Source: Polaribacter sp. (GTDB lineage: Bacteria > Bacteroidota > Bacteroidia > Flavobacteriales > Flavobacteriaceae). From it: a stretch of 64,000 nt of DNA. The notes beneath the pieces are model-generated. The model did not search any database. It was not told the origin of the DNA and saw nothing but the letters and a program-made list of their open reading frames with translations. The translations under genes and the position numbers were made by a program. Shown one piece after another: positions 1-10,833 of this stretch. Where the stretch lies: positions 23,536 through 87,535 of the forward strand of contig JAQXEU010000025.1 in the NCBI GenBank assembly GCA_029250685.1. Direction: 5' to 3'. Each line of letters starts with the position of its first letter. The first letter of the stretch is position 1.

Positions 1-87
1 TCTAGAAAGAATCCAAGTGATAAAAAAAACAAGTAAACTAAACAATAGTATATTCCAAAAGCTGTCTAACTTTAAAAAATTATCCAC
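1..87 (-). CDS. 5' part of a membrane protein running off the window edge (MDNFLKLDSFWNILLFSLLVFFITWILSR...)
   Basis: GTG at 87 opens a stop-free frame to position 1, just downstream of parC, with a hydrophobic N-terminal segment; family not identifiable. Confidence 0.5.
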   Translation of the reverse strand, partial: MDNFLKLDSFWNILLFSLLVFFITWILSR

Positions 88-111
88 GTAATTATTCATA
101 ATTTTTAATTT

Positions 112-2841
112 CTAAAATAATGTAGTTTGACTTTCGTCATCTTTTGATTTTTGTTCTGCTTTTTTCTTTTCAATCGTTCTTTGCAAAGCTCTTTTGGCCT
201 TTTCTTCGCTACTAATTAATTCAGGTTTTTCTGGAGCGCTTTCTAAGTTTGTGATTTCTAAAGGCAATACTTCTTCAGAAATAACCTCTTCTTCTATTAC
301 TTCAATTTCTTCAGAAGTAATTTCTTTTGGCTCTTCAAAAGGTAAAGAGTCCAACAAACTCACTTGTTTCACTTTATCTTTAGTTAATTGGTTTCCTTGC
401 GCTTTAATTCCTTTTACAGCAATAAACTCTTCAAAATTAACTTCTACATTCTCTAAGTTGCGTTTAGAGAACTGCACATCAGCAACGGGTCTATAATCAG
501 TAGAAATAATTTCTAATTGAGATTTTGGATGTTCAGAAATAAACAATTCATCTTTATCAACCGTTTCAATAAGAAAACGTTTTACGAAATAGATTTCTTT
601 ATCTCCATCAAAATAAATAGCAGAAATAGGCTTTTTAGGTTTCCATTTTTCTAAGACAATCATATCGTCTTCAAATCTACTTGCTAAATTTGGAGTAACT
701 GCTTTTATCATTCCTGATTGCAAAGCAATTAGCAACTTATCTTCTGCTCTAAATTCACCTAATAACTCACCTCTTCCATCAACATTTAAACGCTGAACAG
801 TATCATCAAACCATATTTTTCGAGGTTTCAATGTTGAAACTCCCGCAGATTTAAATTCCACTTTTTTAATCGGGTATTTAGTAATAGTATTCCCACGGAC
901 ACCTCTTCCTTTTACTGCTAAGTCTGCAAAATCAATGTCCCATTTCAATTTTTTAACACTTCCAACAGCTCTTAAATTAATAGTAACAACTTCTGCTTCT
1001 CCATTTGGATTTGCAGTGAAGTACAATACTTTTGATGCTTTATTTCCGTTTGCTAAATCGTAATCTTTATCTCTTGTAACGCCAGTAACTGTAAAACGTT
1101 TCATATAACTTGGCCCGCTTTTTCCATCGCGATACATCATGTTATAAACTGTTCTTTTGTCTTTCTTTTTAAAGACAGAAATATGGATGATTCCTTTACC
1201 CACAAATGTTTTGTTTGCCACTTTCGTCACAATCATTTGCCCATCTTCTCTAAAGACAATAATATCATCAATGTCTGCACAATCGGTAACATATTCATCT
1301 TTACGCAATGAAGTTCCGATAAAACCTTCTTCTTTATTTACGTAGAGTTTTGTGTTACGCATCACTACTTTTGTAGCAACAATGTCATCAAAAATTCTGA
1401 TTTCAGTTTTCCTCTCTTTTCCTTTTCCGTAAGTCGATTTTAATCGCTTGAAAAAGTCGATTGCAAAGTCAATTAAATTCGCCAAGAAGTTTTTTACCTC
1501 TTTAATTTTATCTTCTAAACTTTCAATGTGTTGTTTTGCTTTATCAATATCGAACTTAGAAATTTTCTTAATTCTGATTTCTGTTAATCGAACGATATCT
1601 TCTTCGGTAATTGCTCTTTTTAAATGTTTGATGTGCGGTTGTAATCCTTTATCAATTGCAGCGATTACACCAGCCCAAGTTTCTTCTTCTTCAATATCAC
1701 GATAAATTCTATTTTCAATAAAAATACGTTCTAAAGAAGCAAAATGCCATTGTTCTTCTAATTCGTTTAACTGAATTTCAAGTTCTAATTTTAAAAGCTC
1801 AACTGTATTATCAGTTGATTTCCTTAATACTTCATGAACCCCAATAAAAACTGGTTTATTATCTTCAATAACACAACACAAAGGCGAGATTGAATTCTCG
1901 CAATTGGTAAATGCAAATAATGCATCAATGGTTTTGTCTGGAGAAATCCCCGCAGGTAAATGCACCAAAATTTCTACATTAGCTGCAGTATTATCTTCAA
2001 TTTTCTTGATTTTTATCTTGCCTTTTTCATTGGCTTTAATAATACTATCAATCAGAGAAGTTGTCGTTGTGCTAAACGGAATTTCCGTAATTACCAACGT
2101 CTTTTTATCTAATTGAGAAATCTTTGCACGAACTCTAACTTTTCCGCCACGCTTTCCTTCATTATAATTGGTGAAATCTGCAATTCCGCCCGTTAAAAAA
2201 TCAGGAACAATTTTAAAACTACGTCCTTTTAAATGTTTGATAGAAGCGTCAATCAATTCATTAAAGTTATGTGGTAAAATTTTGGTTGATAATCCAACGG
2301 CTATTCCTTCTCCTCCTTGCGCCAATAACATTGGGAATTTCACAGGGAGATTTACAGGTTCTTTTCTACGACCATCGTAAGACGATTGCCATTCTGTAGT
2401 TTTCGGGTTAAAAACAACATCTAACGCAAACTTAGAAAGTCGTGCTTCAATATATCTTGATGCTGCTGCACGATCACCAGTTAATGTATTCCCCCAATTT
2501 CCTTGCATATCAATCAGCAATTCTTTCTGACCAATTTGAACCATTGCATCACCAATAGAAGCATCTCCATGTGGATGATATTGCATCGTATGACCAACAA
2601 TATTCGCTACTTTATTGTAACGGCCATCATCTAAATCTTTCATAGAATGCATAATTCTACGTTGTACGGGCTTAAATCCGTCATCGATTGCAGGAACTGC
2701 TCTTTCTAAAATTACATACGAAGCATAATCTAAAAACCATTCCTTGTACATTCCTGTAACCTTAGTAATGGTTTCAACCGATTCTTCTGGTTGATTATTT
2801 ATTTCTTCTTCGTGTTCGAAGTCGTTCAATTCTTCACTCAT
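112..2841 (-). CDS. parC: DNA topoisomerase IV subunit A (GyrA/ParC family)
   Basis: 909 aa; DGFKPVQRR, YHPHGDASI and catalytic AAASRYIEARL motifs; 2 nt downstream of parE. Confidence 0.95.
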   Translation of the reverse strand: MSEELNDFEHEEEINNQPEESVETITKVTGMYKEWFLDYASYVILERAVPAIDDGFKPVQRRIMHSMKDLDDGRYNKVANIVGHTMQYHPHGDASIGDAMVQIGQKELLIDMQGNWGNTLTGDRAAASRYIEARLSKFALDVVFNPKTTEWQSSYDGRRKEPVNLPVKFPMLLAQGGEGIAVGLSTKILPHNFNELIDASIKHLKGRSFKIVPDFLTGGIADFTNYNEGKRGGKVRVRAKISQLDKKTLVITEIPFSTTTTSLIDSIIKANEKGKIKIKKIEDNTAANVEILVHLPAGISPDKTIDALFAFTNCENSISPLCCVIEDNKPVFIGVHEVLRKSTDNTVELLKLELEIQLNELEEQWHFASLERIFIENRIYRDIEEEETWAGVIAAIDKGLQPHIKHLKRAITEEDIVRLTEIRIKKISKFDIDKAKQHIESLEDKIKEVKNFLANLIDFAIDFFKRLKSTYGKGKERKTEIRIFDDIVATKVVMRNTKLYVNKEEGFIGTSLRKDEYVTDCADIDDIIVFREDGQMIVTKVANKTFVGKGIIHISVFKKKDKRTVYNMMYRDGKSGPSYMKRFTVTGVTRDKDYDLANGNKASKVLYFTANPNGEAEVVTINLRAVGSVKKLKWDIDFADLAVKGRGVRGNTITKYPIKKVEFKSAGVSTLKPRKIWFDDTVQRLNVDGRGELLGEFRAEDKLLIALQSGMIKAVTPNLASRFEDDMIVLEKWKPKKPISAIYFDGDKEIYFVKRFLIETVDKDELFISEHPKSQLEIISTDYRPVADVQFSKRNLENVEVNFEEFIAVKGIKAQGNQLTKDKVKQVSLLDSLPFEEPKEITSEEIEVIEEEVISEEVLPLEITNLESAPEKPELISSEEKAKRALQRTIEKKKAEQKSKDDESQTTLF

Positions 2842-2843
2842 TA

Positions 2844-4697
2844 TTATTCTTCAATTATATCCAATTCTACTTTCAAATTCTCAATGATAAATTTTTGTCT
2901 ATCAGGTGTGTTTTTTCCCATATAAAAAGAAAGCATTGCTTCTACAGGCATTTCTTTATCTAACATTACTGGATCTAAACGAATATCATTTCCAATAAAA
3001 TGCACAAACTCGTTTGGAGAAATCTCTCCCAACCCTTTAAATCGAGTTATCTCTGGTTTTCCACGCAATTTTCCTATTGCATCTCGTTTCTCTTCATCAG
3101 AATAACAGTAGTAGGTATCTTTTTTATTACGAACTCTAAACAATGGTGTTTCTAAAATATACAAGTGACCATTTTTTATCACTTCAGGGAAAAATTGCAA
3201 AAAGAAAGTAATTAATAACAAACGAATGTGCATTCCATCAACATCTGCATCCGTAGCAATTACAATATTATTGTAGCGCAACCCTTCTATTCCATCTTCA
3301 ATATTTAATGCTGATTGTAATAAATTAAATTCTTCATTTTCATATACAATTTTCTTAGACAAACCGTACGAATTCAAAGGTTTTCCTTTTAAACTAAAAA
3401 CCGCTTGTGTGTTTACATTTCTAGATTTTGTAATAGAACCAGAAGCAGAATCTCCCTCAGTAATAAACAAAGTTGTATCTAAATAACTTTCCTTTTTAAT
3501 ATCTCCAAAGTGCACGCGACAATCACGCAATTTTTTATTATGTAAACTCGCTTTCTTCGCTCTGTCTTTCGCTAATTTTCGAATTCCTGATAATTCTTTA
3601 CGCTCACGTTCTGCTTGCAATATTTTACGCTGAATTGCTTCTGCAGCATCAGTGTTCTTATGTAAGTAATTATCTAATTGTGTTTTTACAAAATCGTTTA
3701 TAAATGTTCTTACGGTTGGCAAACCTCCTCCCATTTCTGTTGAACCTAACTTCGTTTTTGTTTGACTTTCAAAAACAGGTTCCATAACTTTAATTGCAAT
3801 TGCAGAAATAATAGATTTACGAATATCTGAAGACTCATAATTCTTTCCAAAATACTCTCGTATTGTTTTTACAATTGCTTCTCTATAAGCTGCTTGATGC
3901 GTTCCTCCTTGCGTTGTATGTTGTCCATTAACAAACGAATGGTATTCTTCAGAATATTGCGTTTTACTATGTGTAATTGCAATTTCAATATCTTCTTCTT
4001 TTAAATGAATTATTGGATATAATAAATCTGAAGCAGAAGTATTTTCTTGCAATAAATCTTTTAAACCATTTTCAGAAAAGAATTTCTCTCCATTAAAAAC
4101 AATTGTTAAACCAGTGTTTAAGTACACATAATTTTTCAACATTTTTGCTACATACTCGTTTCTGTATTTATATTTTCCAAAAATACTTTCATCAGGAACA
4201 AACTGAACTTTAGTTCCTTTTCTTAAAGATGATTCATGTGCTTCTTCAACCTCAATTAAATTCCCTTGATTAAATTCTGCCCAAGAAGTTTTATTATCTC
4301 TAATAGATTGTACTTTAAAATAATCTGATAATGCGTTTACCGCTTTTGTTCCAACTCCGTTTAATCCAACCGATTTTTTAAATGCTTTCGAATCGTATTT
4401 TCCACCCGTATTCATTTTAGAAACCACATCCACAACTTTTCCTAGCGGTATTCCACGACCATAATCACGAACCGTTACTTGTTTGTCTCTAATAGAAATT
4501 TCGATAGTCTTTCCAGCGCCCATAACATATTCGTCAATCGAATTGTCTAAAACTTCTTTTAATAAAATATAGATTCCGTCATCAGGTGAAGACCCATCAC
4601 CTAATTTACCAATATACATTCCTGGACGCATACGAATATGTTCCTTCCAATCGAGAGATCGTATATTATCTTCGGTATATTTTGTTTCTTGTGCCAT
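2844..4697 (-). CDS. parE: DNA topoisomerase IV subunit B (GyrB/ParE family)
   Basis: 617 aa; [22 protein letters not shown] (GHKL ATPase); [14 protein letters not shown] (TOPRIM); RFKGLGE. Confidence 0.95.
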   Translation of the reverse strand: MAQETKYTEDNIRSLDWKEHIRMRPGMYIGKLGDGSSPDDGIYILLKEVLDNSIDEYVMGAGKTIEISIRDKQVTVRDYGRGIPLGKVVDVVSKMNTGGKYDSKAFKKSVGLNGVGTKAVNALSDYFKVQSIRDNKTSWAEFNQGNLIEVEEAHESSLRKGTKVQFVPDESIFGKYKYRNEYVAKMLKNYVYLNTGLTIVFNGEKFFSENGLKDLLQENTSASDLLYPIIHLKEEDIEIAITHSKTQYSEEYHSFVNGQHTTQGGTHQAAYREAIVKTIREYFGKNYESSDIRKSIISAIAIKVMEPVFESQTKTKLGSTEMGGGLPTVRTFINDFVKTQLDNYLHKNTDAAEAIQRKILQAERERKELSGIRKLAKDRAKKASLHNKKLRDCRVHFGDIKKESYLDTTLFITEGDSASGSITKSRNVNTQAVFSLKGKPLNSYGLSKKIVYENEEFNLLQSALNIEDGIEGLRYNNIVIATDADVDGMHIRLLLITFFLQFFPEVIKNGHLYILETPLFRVRNKKDTYYCYSDEEKRDAIGKLRGKPEITRFKGLGEISPNEFVHFIGNDIRLDPVMLDKEMPVEAMLSFYMGKNTPDRQKFIIENLKVELDIIEE

Positions 4698-4813
4698 AAA
4701 ATTTGCGGGTTGAATGCCTTGCTAAAATAAGAATAAGCGTAAAAAACAAAAAACTCTGATGAATTAGTTATCAACAGAGTTTTAAAATATTTTTTAATGA
4801 TTTTCTTCTATGA

Positions 4814-5905
4814 TTAGACGTTGAATCTAAAGTTCATCATATCACCATCTTGTACGATATATTCTTTTCCTTCAACAGATAATTTTCCAGCTTCTTTTAC
4901 TTTTGCTTCAGTTCCTAAAGTAACGTAATCGCTGTATTTAATTACTTCTGCTCTAATAAACCCTTTTTCAAAATCAGTATGAATAACTCCAGCTGCTTGT
5001 GGTGCTGTATCACCAACATTAATTGTCCATGCTCTTACTTCTTTTACACCAGCTGTAAAATACGTTTGCAAGTTTAGTAATTTGTATGCTGCTCTAATTA
5101 ATTTTGATGCTCCAGGCTCTGTTAAACCGATATCTTCTAAAAATATTTGACGCTCTTCATAATCGTCTAATTCGTTAATATCAGCTTCTGTACCAACGGC
5201 TAAAATAATAATTTCTGCATCTTCATTTGCAATAGCTTCTTTTACTTTATCAACATATGAATTTCCAGAAACAGCAGAATTTTCATCTACATTACAAACA
5301 TATAAAACTGGCTTAGATGTTATTAATTGTAGTGTCTTTACAAATTCTTCTTCTTTTTCTGAAAAATCTATAGTTCTTACTGATGTTCCTTGCAATAAGG
5401 TTTCTTGAATTTTTAATAAAACTGCCAATTCGGTTTGCGCATCTTTATTACCAGTTTTTGCTAATTTTTTAACTCTTTCTAAACGTTTTTCTACAGTTTC
5501 TAAATCTTTTAACTGCAATTCAATATCGATTGTTTCTTTATCTCTAATTGGATCAATCGTTGTATCAACATGAATAATATTGTCATTATCAAAACAACGC
5601 AATACATGAATAATCGCATCCGTTTCTCTAATGTTCGCTAAAAATTGATTTCCCAATCCTTCACCTTTGCTAGCTCCACGAACTAATCCTGCTATATCAA
5701 CAATTTCTACAGTTGCTGGTTGCACTCTCTCTGGTTTTACCAATTCTTCTAACTTCTGTAATCTATCATCAGGCACATTTACAACGCCAATATTTGGCTC
5801 GATTGTACAAAAAGGAAAGTTTGCACTTTGGGCTTTTGCGTTAGATAAACAGTTAAATAAAGTTGATTTTCCTACGTTTGGTAATCCTACAATTCCAGCT
5901 TTCAT
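4814..5905 (-). CDS. ychF: Redox-regulated ribosome-binding ATPase YchF
   Basis: [37 protein letters not shown]-terminal TGS domain. Confidence 0.97.
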   Translation of the reverse strand: MKAGIVGLPNVGKSTLFNCLSNAKAQSANFPFCTIEPNIGVVNVPDDRLQKLEELVKPERVQPATVEIVDIAGLVRGASKGEGLGNQFLANIRETDAIIHVLRCFDNDNIIHVDTTIDPIRDKETIDIELQLKDLETVEKRLERVKKLAKTGNKDAQTELAVLLKIQETLLQGTSVRTIDFSEKEEEFVKTLQLITSKPVLYVCNVDENSAVSGNSYVDKVKEAIANEDAEIIILAVGTEADINELDDYEERQIFLEDIGLTEPGASKLIRAAYKLLNLQTYFTAGVKEVRAWTINVGDTAPQAAGVIHTDFEKGFIRAEVIKYSDYVTLGTEAKVKEAGKLSVEGKEYIVQDGDMMNFRFNV

Positions 5906-5925
5906 TTTATTAAATTTTTGCGATG

Positions 5926-5933
5926 CAAATATA
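5926..5933 (-). promoter_or_regulatory. Bacteroidota -7 promoter element (TATATTTG) for ychF
   Basis: Exact TAnnTTTG match about 20 nt upstream of the start codon. Confidence 0.7.
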
Positions 5934-5948
5934 TGTGTTTTATAAATA

Positions 5949-5977
5949 AAAAATTCCGAATTAAATTCGGAATTTTT
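5949..5977. terminator. Intrinsic terminator after the ferredoxin gene
   Basis: AAAAATTCCGAAT-TAA-ATTCGGAATTTTT inverted repeat. Confidence 0.75.
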
Positions 5978-6008
5978 AGTCTTTTTCTTGTTTCTAAAAG
6001 TCTTACCT

Positions 6009-6359
6009 CTATTCGTTATGCATAAATTTTTGCTTTCCTAAAAGTTCTTCTTCAGTTTCTACATTATCTTCATCAGGAACACAACAATCTACAGGGCAAA
6101 CTGCAGCACATTGTGGCTCTTCATGAAATCCTTTACATTCTGTACACTTATCAGCTACAATAAAGTAGATTTCATCCGAAACTGGTTCTTGATCTTCATC
6201 AGCATTTGCAGATTTACCATTTGGCAAAACAACATTTCCTGTTAAATCTGTTCCGTCTGCATATTTCCAATCATCTGCACCTTCATAAATTGCTGTATTT
6301 GGACATTCTGGCTCGCATGCACCACAATTTATACATTCATCAGTAATTATAATTGCCAT
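6009..6359 (-). CDS. 2[4Fe-4S] ferredoxin (YfhL/Alvin-like)
   Basis: CxxCxxCxxxCP plus CxxC-x8-CxxxCP ([18 protein letters not shown]). Confidence 0.9.
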   Translation of the reverse strand: MAIIITDECINCGACEPECPNTAIYEGADDWKYADGTDLTGNVVLPNGKSANADEDQEPVSDEIYFIVADKCTECKGFHEEPQCAAVCPVDCCVPDEDNVETEEELLGKQKFMHNE

Positions 6360-6381
6360 AGTTTTTCTGTTTCAGTTTATG

Positions 6382-6402
6382 TACCTTTGCGATGCAAAAA
6401 TA
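6382..6402. promoter_or_regulatory. Interlocked divergent -7 elements: TACCTTTG (+, 6382-6389) and TATTTTTG (-, 6402-6395)
   Basis: Two exact TAnnTTTG matches in opposite orientation within 21 bp of the 80-bp intergenic region. Confidence 0.7.
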
Positions 6403-6439
6403 AGTCCAAAATAATTCACAACCAAAAGAAATAGATAGA

Positions 6440-7489
6440 ATGCAACAACGAATTGACGCTTTTGTAAAATTAGGAAATTTTTTAAGTCAGTTTTCTCAAT
6501 CATGTATTGAAAAAAAAGAAAATATTGAATTCAATGATTTGTTTTTTGATGGGTTTAAACACCAACTAAAAGTTGCGCAAGAAAACAATTCTTGGTTTAC
6601 AAGAGATAATATTTTATTCTCTTTAGAGAGTTGGTCTAAAGCATTAACTCAAGAAAATATTTCTACATGGGTTTCTGATAAAACAACTCAAAGTTCTAGC
6701 AATAAAATTGCCATTATTATGGCAGGAAATATTCCTTTAGTTGGATTTCATGATTTTTTATCTGTGTTGATTTCAGGACATTCAGTTTTGGTAAAACAAT
6801 CATCTAGCGATAAAAGCTTATTGCCTTTTTTAGCAAAATATTTAGAATATGTTGAGCCTGTTTTTAAAGATAAAATTGAATTTACTGAAGAAAAATTGAC
6901 AGATTATGATGCAGTAATTGCGACAGGGAGTAACAATACAGCTCGTTATTTTGAACATTACTTTAAAGGGAAGCCAAACATCATTAGAAAGAATAGAAAT
7001 TCTGTTGCTGTTTTAACAGGAAATGAGACGGATGAAGAATTAGCCAATTTAAGTAATGATGTTTTTCAATATTTTGGTTTAGGTTGTAGAAGTGTTTCTA
7101 AATTATTTGTTCCTGAAGGGTATAATTTTGATGCTTTTTTTAACGGAATGTATCATAAAAAAGAAATCATCAACAACGCCAAATACGCTAATAATTACGA
7201 TTATAACAAAGCGGTGTATTTAATGAGCTTATTTGATTTGTTAGAAAATGGTTTTTTAATGATTAAAGAAGATGAAAGTTACGCATCGCCAATTGCAACC
7301 ATTTTTTATGAATATTATTCTGACATTAACGAGTTGAAAGAAAAATTAAAAATGGATGCTGACAAGATTCAATGTATTGTTTCTAATAATGTAATAAAAA
7401 ATGAAATTAAATTTGGCGAAACTCAAAATCCACAATTATGGGATTATGCAGATGGTATAAACACGTTAGAATTTTTAGCAAAAATTTAA
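6440..7489 (+). CDS. Acyl-CoA reductase (LuxC-like)
   Basis: AGNIPLVG, IATGSNNTA, putative catalytic Cys in FGLGCRSVSK. Confidence 0.85.
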   Translation: MQQRIDAFVKLGNFLSQFSQSCIEKKENIEFNDLFFDGFKHQLKVAQENNSWFTRDNILFSLESWSKALTQENISTWVSDKTTQSSSNKIAIIMAGNIPLVGFHDFLSVLISGHSVLVKQSSSDKSLLPFLAKYLEYVEPVFKDKIEFTEEKLTDYDAVIATGSNNTARYFEHYFKGKPNIIRKNRNSVAVLTGNETDEELANLSNDVFQYFGLGCRSVSKLFVPEGYNFDAFFNGMYHKKEIINNAKYANNYDYNKAVYLMSLFDLLENGFLMIKEDESYASPIATIFYEYYSDINELKEKLKMDADKIQCIVSNNVIKNEIKFGETQNPQLWDYADGINTLEFLAKI

Positions 7490-7552
7490 AATAAAAATAT
7501 TGTAAAAAGAAGCATCTTTGTTAACACAACATTATTGCAAAAAATAAATTAA

Positions 7553-8620
7553 ATGAAAAAACATAACTTTAGCGCAGGTCCTTGTATTTTACCAGAAGAA
7601 GTTCTAAAAAAAGCTTCAGAAGCTGTTCTTAACTTTAATGATGACAATCTTTCTTTAATTGAAATATCGCACAGAAGTAAACCTTTTGTTGCAGTTATGG
7701 AAAAAGCAAAAAGTTTGGTGCTAGAATTATTACAACTAGAAAACAAAGGCTATAAAGTATTATTTCTTCAAGGCGGTGCAAGCACACAGTTTTTAATGAC
7801 TGCTTATAACTTATTAAACAAAAAAGCAGCTTATTTAAATACTGGAACTTGGGCAGATAAAGCAATAAAAGAAGCCAAATTGTTTGGGGAATTAGTAGAA
7901 GTTGATTCCTCTAAAAGTGATAGTTTTAAGTACATTCCTAAAGGATATCAGATTCCTGTGGATGCAGATTATTTTCATTGCACAAGTAACAATACCATTT
8001 TCGGAACGCAAATGAAAGAGTTTCCAGAATTTGATGGCGTAAATGTTTGCGATATGAGTTCTGATATTTTTTCGCGTCAATTAGATTTTTCTAAATTCGA
8101 TTTAATTTATGCTGGCGCACAAAAAAACATGGGCCCTGCTGGCACAACATTGATAGTTATTAAAGAAGAAATCTTAGGAAAAGTAGAGCGTGTAATTCCA
8201 TCTATGTTAGATTACCAAAATCATATTGATAAAGAGAGTATGTTTAATACACCTTCTGTTTTTGCAATTTATGTTTCTATGTTAAACTTAGAATGGTTAA
8301 AAGATTTAGGCGGAATTCCTTTTATTGAGAAAGTAAATAATAAAAAAGCTGCATTAATTTATAATGAGATTGATAGAAATCCATTATTTGAAGGATTTGC
8401 AGCAAAAGAAGATAGAAGCACAATGAATGCTACTTTCACATTGACAGATGAAAATTTAAAAGAAACTTTTGACAGCCTCTGTAAAGAAGCAGGAATTAAC
8501 GGAATTAACGGACATAGAAGTGTTGGTGGTTATCGTGCAAGTATGTACAATGCACTTCCGTTATATAGTGTACAAGCATTAGTAGATGTAATGCAAGATT
8601 TAGAAAAAAATAATAAATAG
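7553..8620 (+). CDS. serC: Phosphoserine aminotransferase
   Basis: NFSAGP, GGAS, DMSSD, AGAQKNMGPAG (PLP Lys), GHRSVGGYRASMYNA. Confidence 0.97.
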   Translation: MKKHNFSAGPCILPEEVLKKASEAVLNFNDDNLSLIEISHRSKPFVAVMEKAKSLVLELLQLENKGYKVLFLQGGASTQFLMTAYNLLNKKAAYLNTGTWADKAIKEAKLFGELVEVDSSKSDSFKYIPKGYQIPVDADYFHCTSNNTIFGTQMKEFPEFDGVNVCDMSSDIFSRQLDFSKFDLIYAGAQKNMGPAGTTLIVIKEEILGKVERVIPSMLDYQNHIDKESMFNTPSVFAIYVSMLNLEWLKDLGGIPFIEKVNNKKAALIYNEIDRNPLFEGFAAKEDRSTMNATFTLTDENLKETFDSLCKEAGINGINGHRSVGGYRASMYNALPLYSVQALVDVMQDLEKNNK

Positions 8621-8634
8621 TTCAAAATATAAGC

Positions 8635-9585
8635 ATGAAAGTATTAGCAAACGACGGAATTTCACAAAGTGGTATTGAAGCACTTGAAAAAGGAGGATTT
8701 GAAGTTATCACAACAAAAGTTGCTCAAAATCAACTAGAAAATTATATCAACGAAAATAATATTGATGTAATTTTAGTAAGAAGTGCAACACAGGTTCGTC
8801 AAGAATTAATTGATGCTTGTCCATCAATAAAACTAATTGGTCGTGGTGGTGTTGGAATGGATAATATTGATGTTGATTATGCAATTGATCATGGTTTGCA
8901 TGTAATAAATACACCAAATGCTTCTTCTAGTTCTGTTGCAGAATTAGTTTTTGCACATTTATTCGGAATGGTTCGTTTTCTACATCAAGCAAATAGAGAA
9001 ATGCCTTTAGAGGGTGATACTCGTTTTAAAGATTTAAAGAAAGGATTTGCTGGCGGAACTGAACTTAGAGGAAAAACATTAGGAATTATCGGATTCGGAA
9101 GAATCGGTAAAGAAGTCGCAAAAATAGCCTTAGGAATTGGAATGAAAGTGGTTGCAAATGATGGTTATGTTGGAGAAGCAATAATCAATGTTCCTTTTTA
9201 TAACGGGCAGTCAATTGATGTAAAAATAGAAACAGAAGCCTTTGAAGAAGTAATCAAGCTAGCAGATTTTATTACGTTACATGTTCCAAATCAAGAAGAA
9301 TATATTATTGGAGATGCCCAATTTAAAATAATGAAAGATGGTGTTGGAATTATAAACGCAGCTCGTGGTGGTGTAATTGACGAAGTTGGATTGGTAAAAG
9401 CAATAGATTCTGGAAAAGTAAAATATGCTGGTTTAGATGTTTTTGAAAAAGAACCAACTCCAGAAATTCAACTATTAATGAATCCAGATATTTCTTTAAC
9501 GCCTCATATTGGTGCTGCAACAGTTGAAGCACAAGATAGGATTGGAAAAGAGTTAGCAGAACAAATTATTAAATTACTTTCTTAA
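8635..9585 (+). CDS. serA: D-3-phosphoglycerate dehydrogenase (short form, no ACT domain)
   Basis: GRGGVGMDNID, GIIGFGRIG, NAARGG, LDVFEKEP, TPHIGAAT; follows serC. Confidence 0.9.
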   Translation: MKVLANDGISQSGIEALEKGGFEVITTKVAQNQLENYINENNIDVILVRSATQVRQELIDACPSIKLIGRGGVGMDNIDVDYAIDHGLHVINTPNASSSSVAELVFAHLFGMVRFLHQANREMPLEGDTRFKDLKKGFAGGTELRGKTLGIIGFGRIGKEVAKIALGIGMKVVANDGYVGEAIINVPFYNGQSIDVKIETEAFEEVIKLADFITLHVPNQEEYIIGDAQFKIMKDGVGIINAARGGVIDEVGLVKAIDSGKVKYAGLDVFEKEPTPEIQLLMNPDISLTPHIGAATVEAQDRIGKELAEQIIKLLS

Positions 9586-9593
9586 AAGTAAAA

Positions 9594-10832
9594 ATGGCAA
9601 ACATAAAACCTTTTAAAGCTGTTAGAGCTTCTAGAGATAAAGTAGCATTGGTTTCTACAAAATCTCGTGAAATTTATACTCCAGAAATGCTAACTGCTAA
9701 ATTGGATTTTAACCCATATACATTTTTGCATGTAATAAACCCAGGTTACAAATACCACAAACAAGATGTAAGTGGTGATTTACGTTTTAAATTAGTACAT
9801 AATAGATATTTAGAGTTTAAAGAAGATGGTGTTTTTACTCAAGATGAAACTCCCGCTTTTTATATTTATCAGAAAACAACACCAATCAATTCATTTTGTG
9901 GAATTATTTCTGCCACTTCGGTTGAAGATTATGAAAATAACGTTATCAAAAAGCATGAAGGGACTATCCAGCAACGTGAGTTATTATTTGAAAATTACTT
10001 GAAGAATACTGGTTTTAATGCTGAACCTGTACTTCTAACTTATCCTGATAATGATACTATTACAAGTATCATAAAAAAGTATCAAACAACAAGAGCTGAG
10101 TTTGAATTTTCTACAACCGATAAAGATTCTCACTTACTTTGGGTTGTAAATAATAAAAATGACATAAAATTGATTGTAGATACTTTTAAAGAGGTTAATA
10201 CATTATATATTGCTGATGGTCATCATCGTTCTACTTCATCTTGTTTGCTTGCGCAAAATTTAGCAAAAGAGAATCCAAACCATACTGGAAAAGAGGATTA
10301 CAACTTTTTTATGAGTTATTTATTACCAGAAAGTCAATTGTCAATTTATGAGTTTAATCGGTTCATTAAAGATTTAAATGGCTTTACTCCAGATGAATTT
10401 TTAATTGAATTAGACACCTATTTCAGAATTGAAAATCGTGGTCAAGATTTATACAAACCAAGTAAGAAGCACCATTTTTGCATGTACTTAAACGGAGAGT
10501 TTTATTCGCTATATTTAAGAAAAACTAGTTATGAATTTACAAATTCACTTAGCCAATTAGATGCAGAAATTTTATATCAAACAGTACTAAAACCTATCTT
10601 AGGAATTAATGACATTAGAAATGATTCAAAAATTATTTATTCTCAAAATAAATCTGACAACTTAGAATTAAAAACTAAGGTTGATTCAGGAGATTTTAAA
10701 GTTTCTTTCGGAATGCTACCAACATCTATTCAAGAATTAAAAAGTATTGTGGATGACGGTTTTTTAATGCCTCCAAAAACAACCTACATCGAACCAAAAT
10801 TAAGAAGTGCATTAACTATTTATGAATTTTAA
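9594..10832 (+). CDS. DUF1015 family protein
   Basis: IKKHEGT, YIADGHHR, MPPKTTYIEPKLRS motifs; serC-serA context. Confidence 0.85.
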   Translation: MANIKPFKAVRASRDKVALVSTKSREIYTPEMLTAKLDFNPYTFLHVINPGYKYHKQDVSGDLRFKLVHNRYLEFKEDGVFTQDETPAFYIYQKTTPINSFCGIISATSVEDYENNVIKKHEGTIQQRELLFENYLKNTGFNAEPVLLTYPDNDTITSIIKKYQTTRAEFEFSTTDKDSHLLWVVNNKNDIKLIVDTFKEVNTLYIADGHHRSTSSCLLAQNLAKENPNHTGKEDYNFFMSYLLPESQLSIYEFNRFIKDLNGFTPDEFLIELDTYFRIENRGQDLYKPSKKHHFCMYLNGEFYSLYLRKTSYEFTNSLSQLDAEILYQTVLKPILGINDIRNDSKIIYSQNKSDNLELKTKVDSGDFKVSFGMLPTSIQELKSIVDDGFLMPPKTTYIEPKLRSALTIYEF

Positions 10833-10833
10833 T

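Noticed and set aside
80-88. DnaA-box-like 9-mers (TTATCCACG at 80; TTATCAACA at 4768; TGTTGATAA at 46258) suggesting oriC
   Set aside because: Isolated single-mismatch boxes in AT-rich DNA, with no cluster and no dnaA context
194-2380. Plus-strand ORFs inside parC, and similar shadows (5667, 21793, 24113, 26953, 38890, 43457, 53224, 55341, 60208 etc.)
   Set aside because: Antisense or alternate-frame shadows of strong genes, with no motifs or promoters
6440-7489. Bioluminescence (lux) operon
   Set aside because: Only a LuxC-like gene; no luxA, luxB, luxD or luxE nearby
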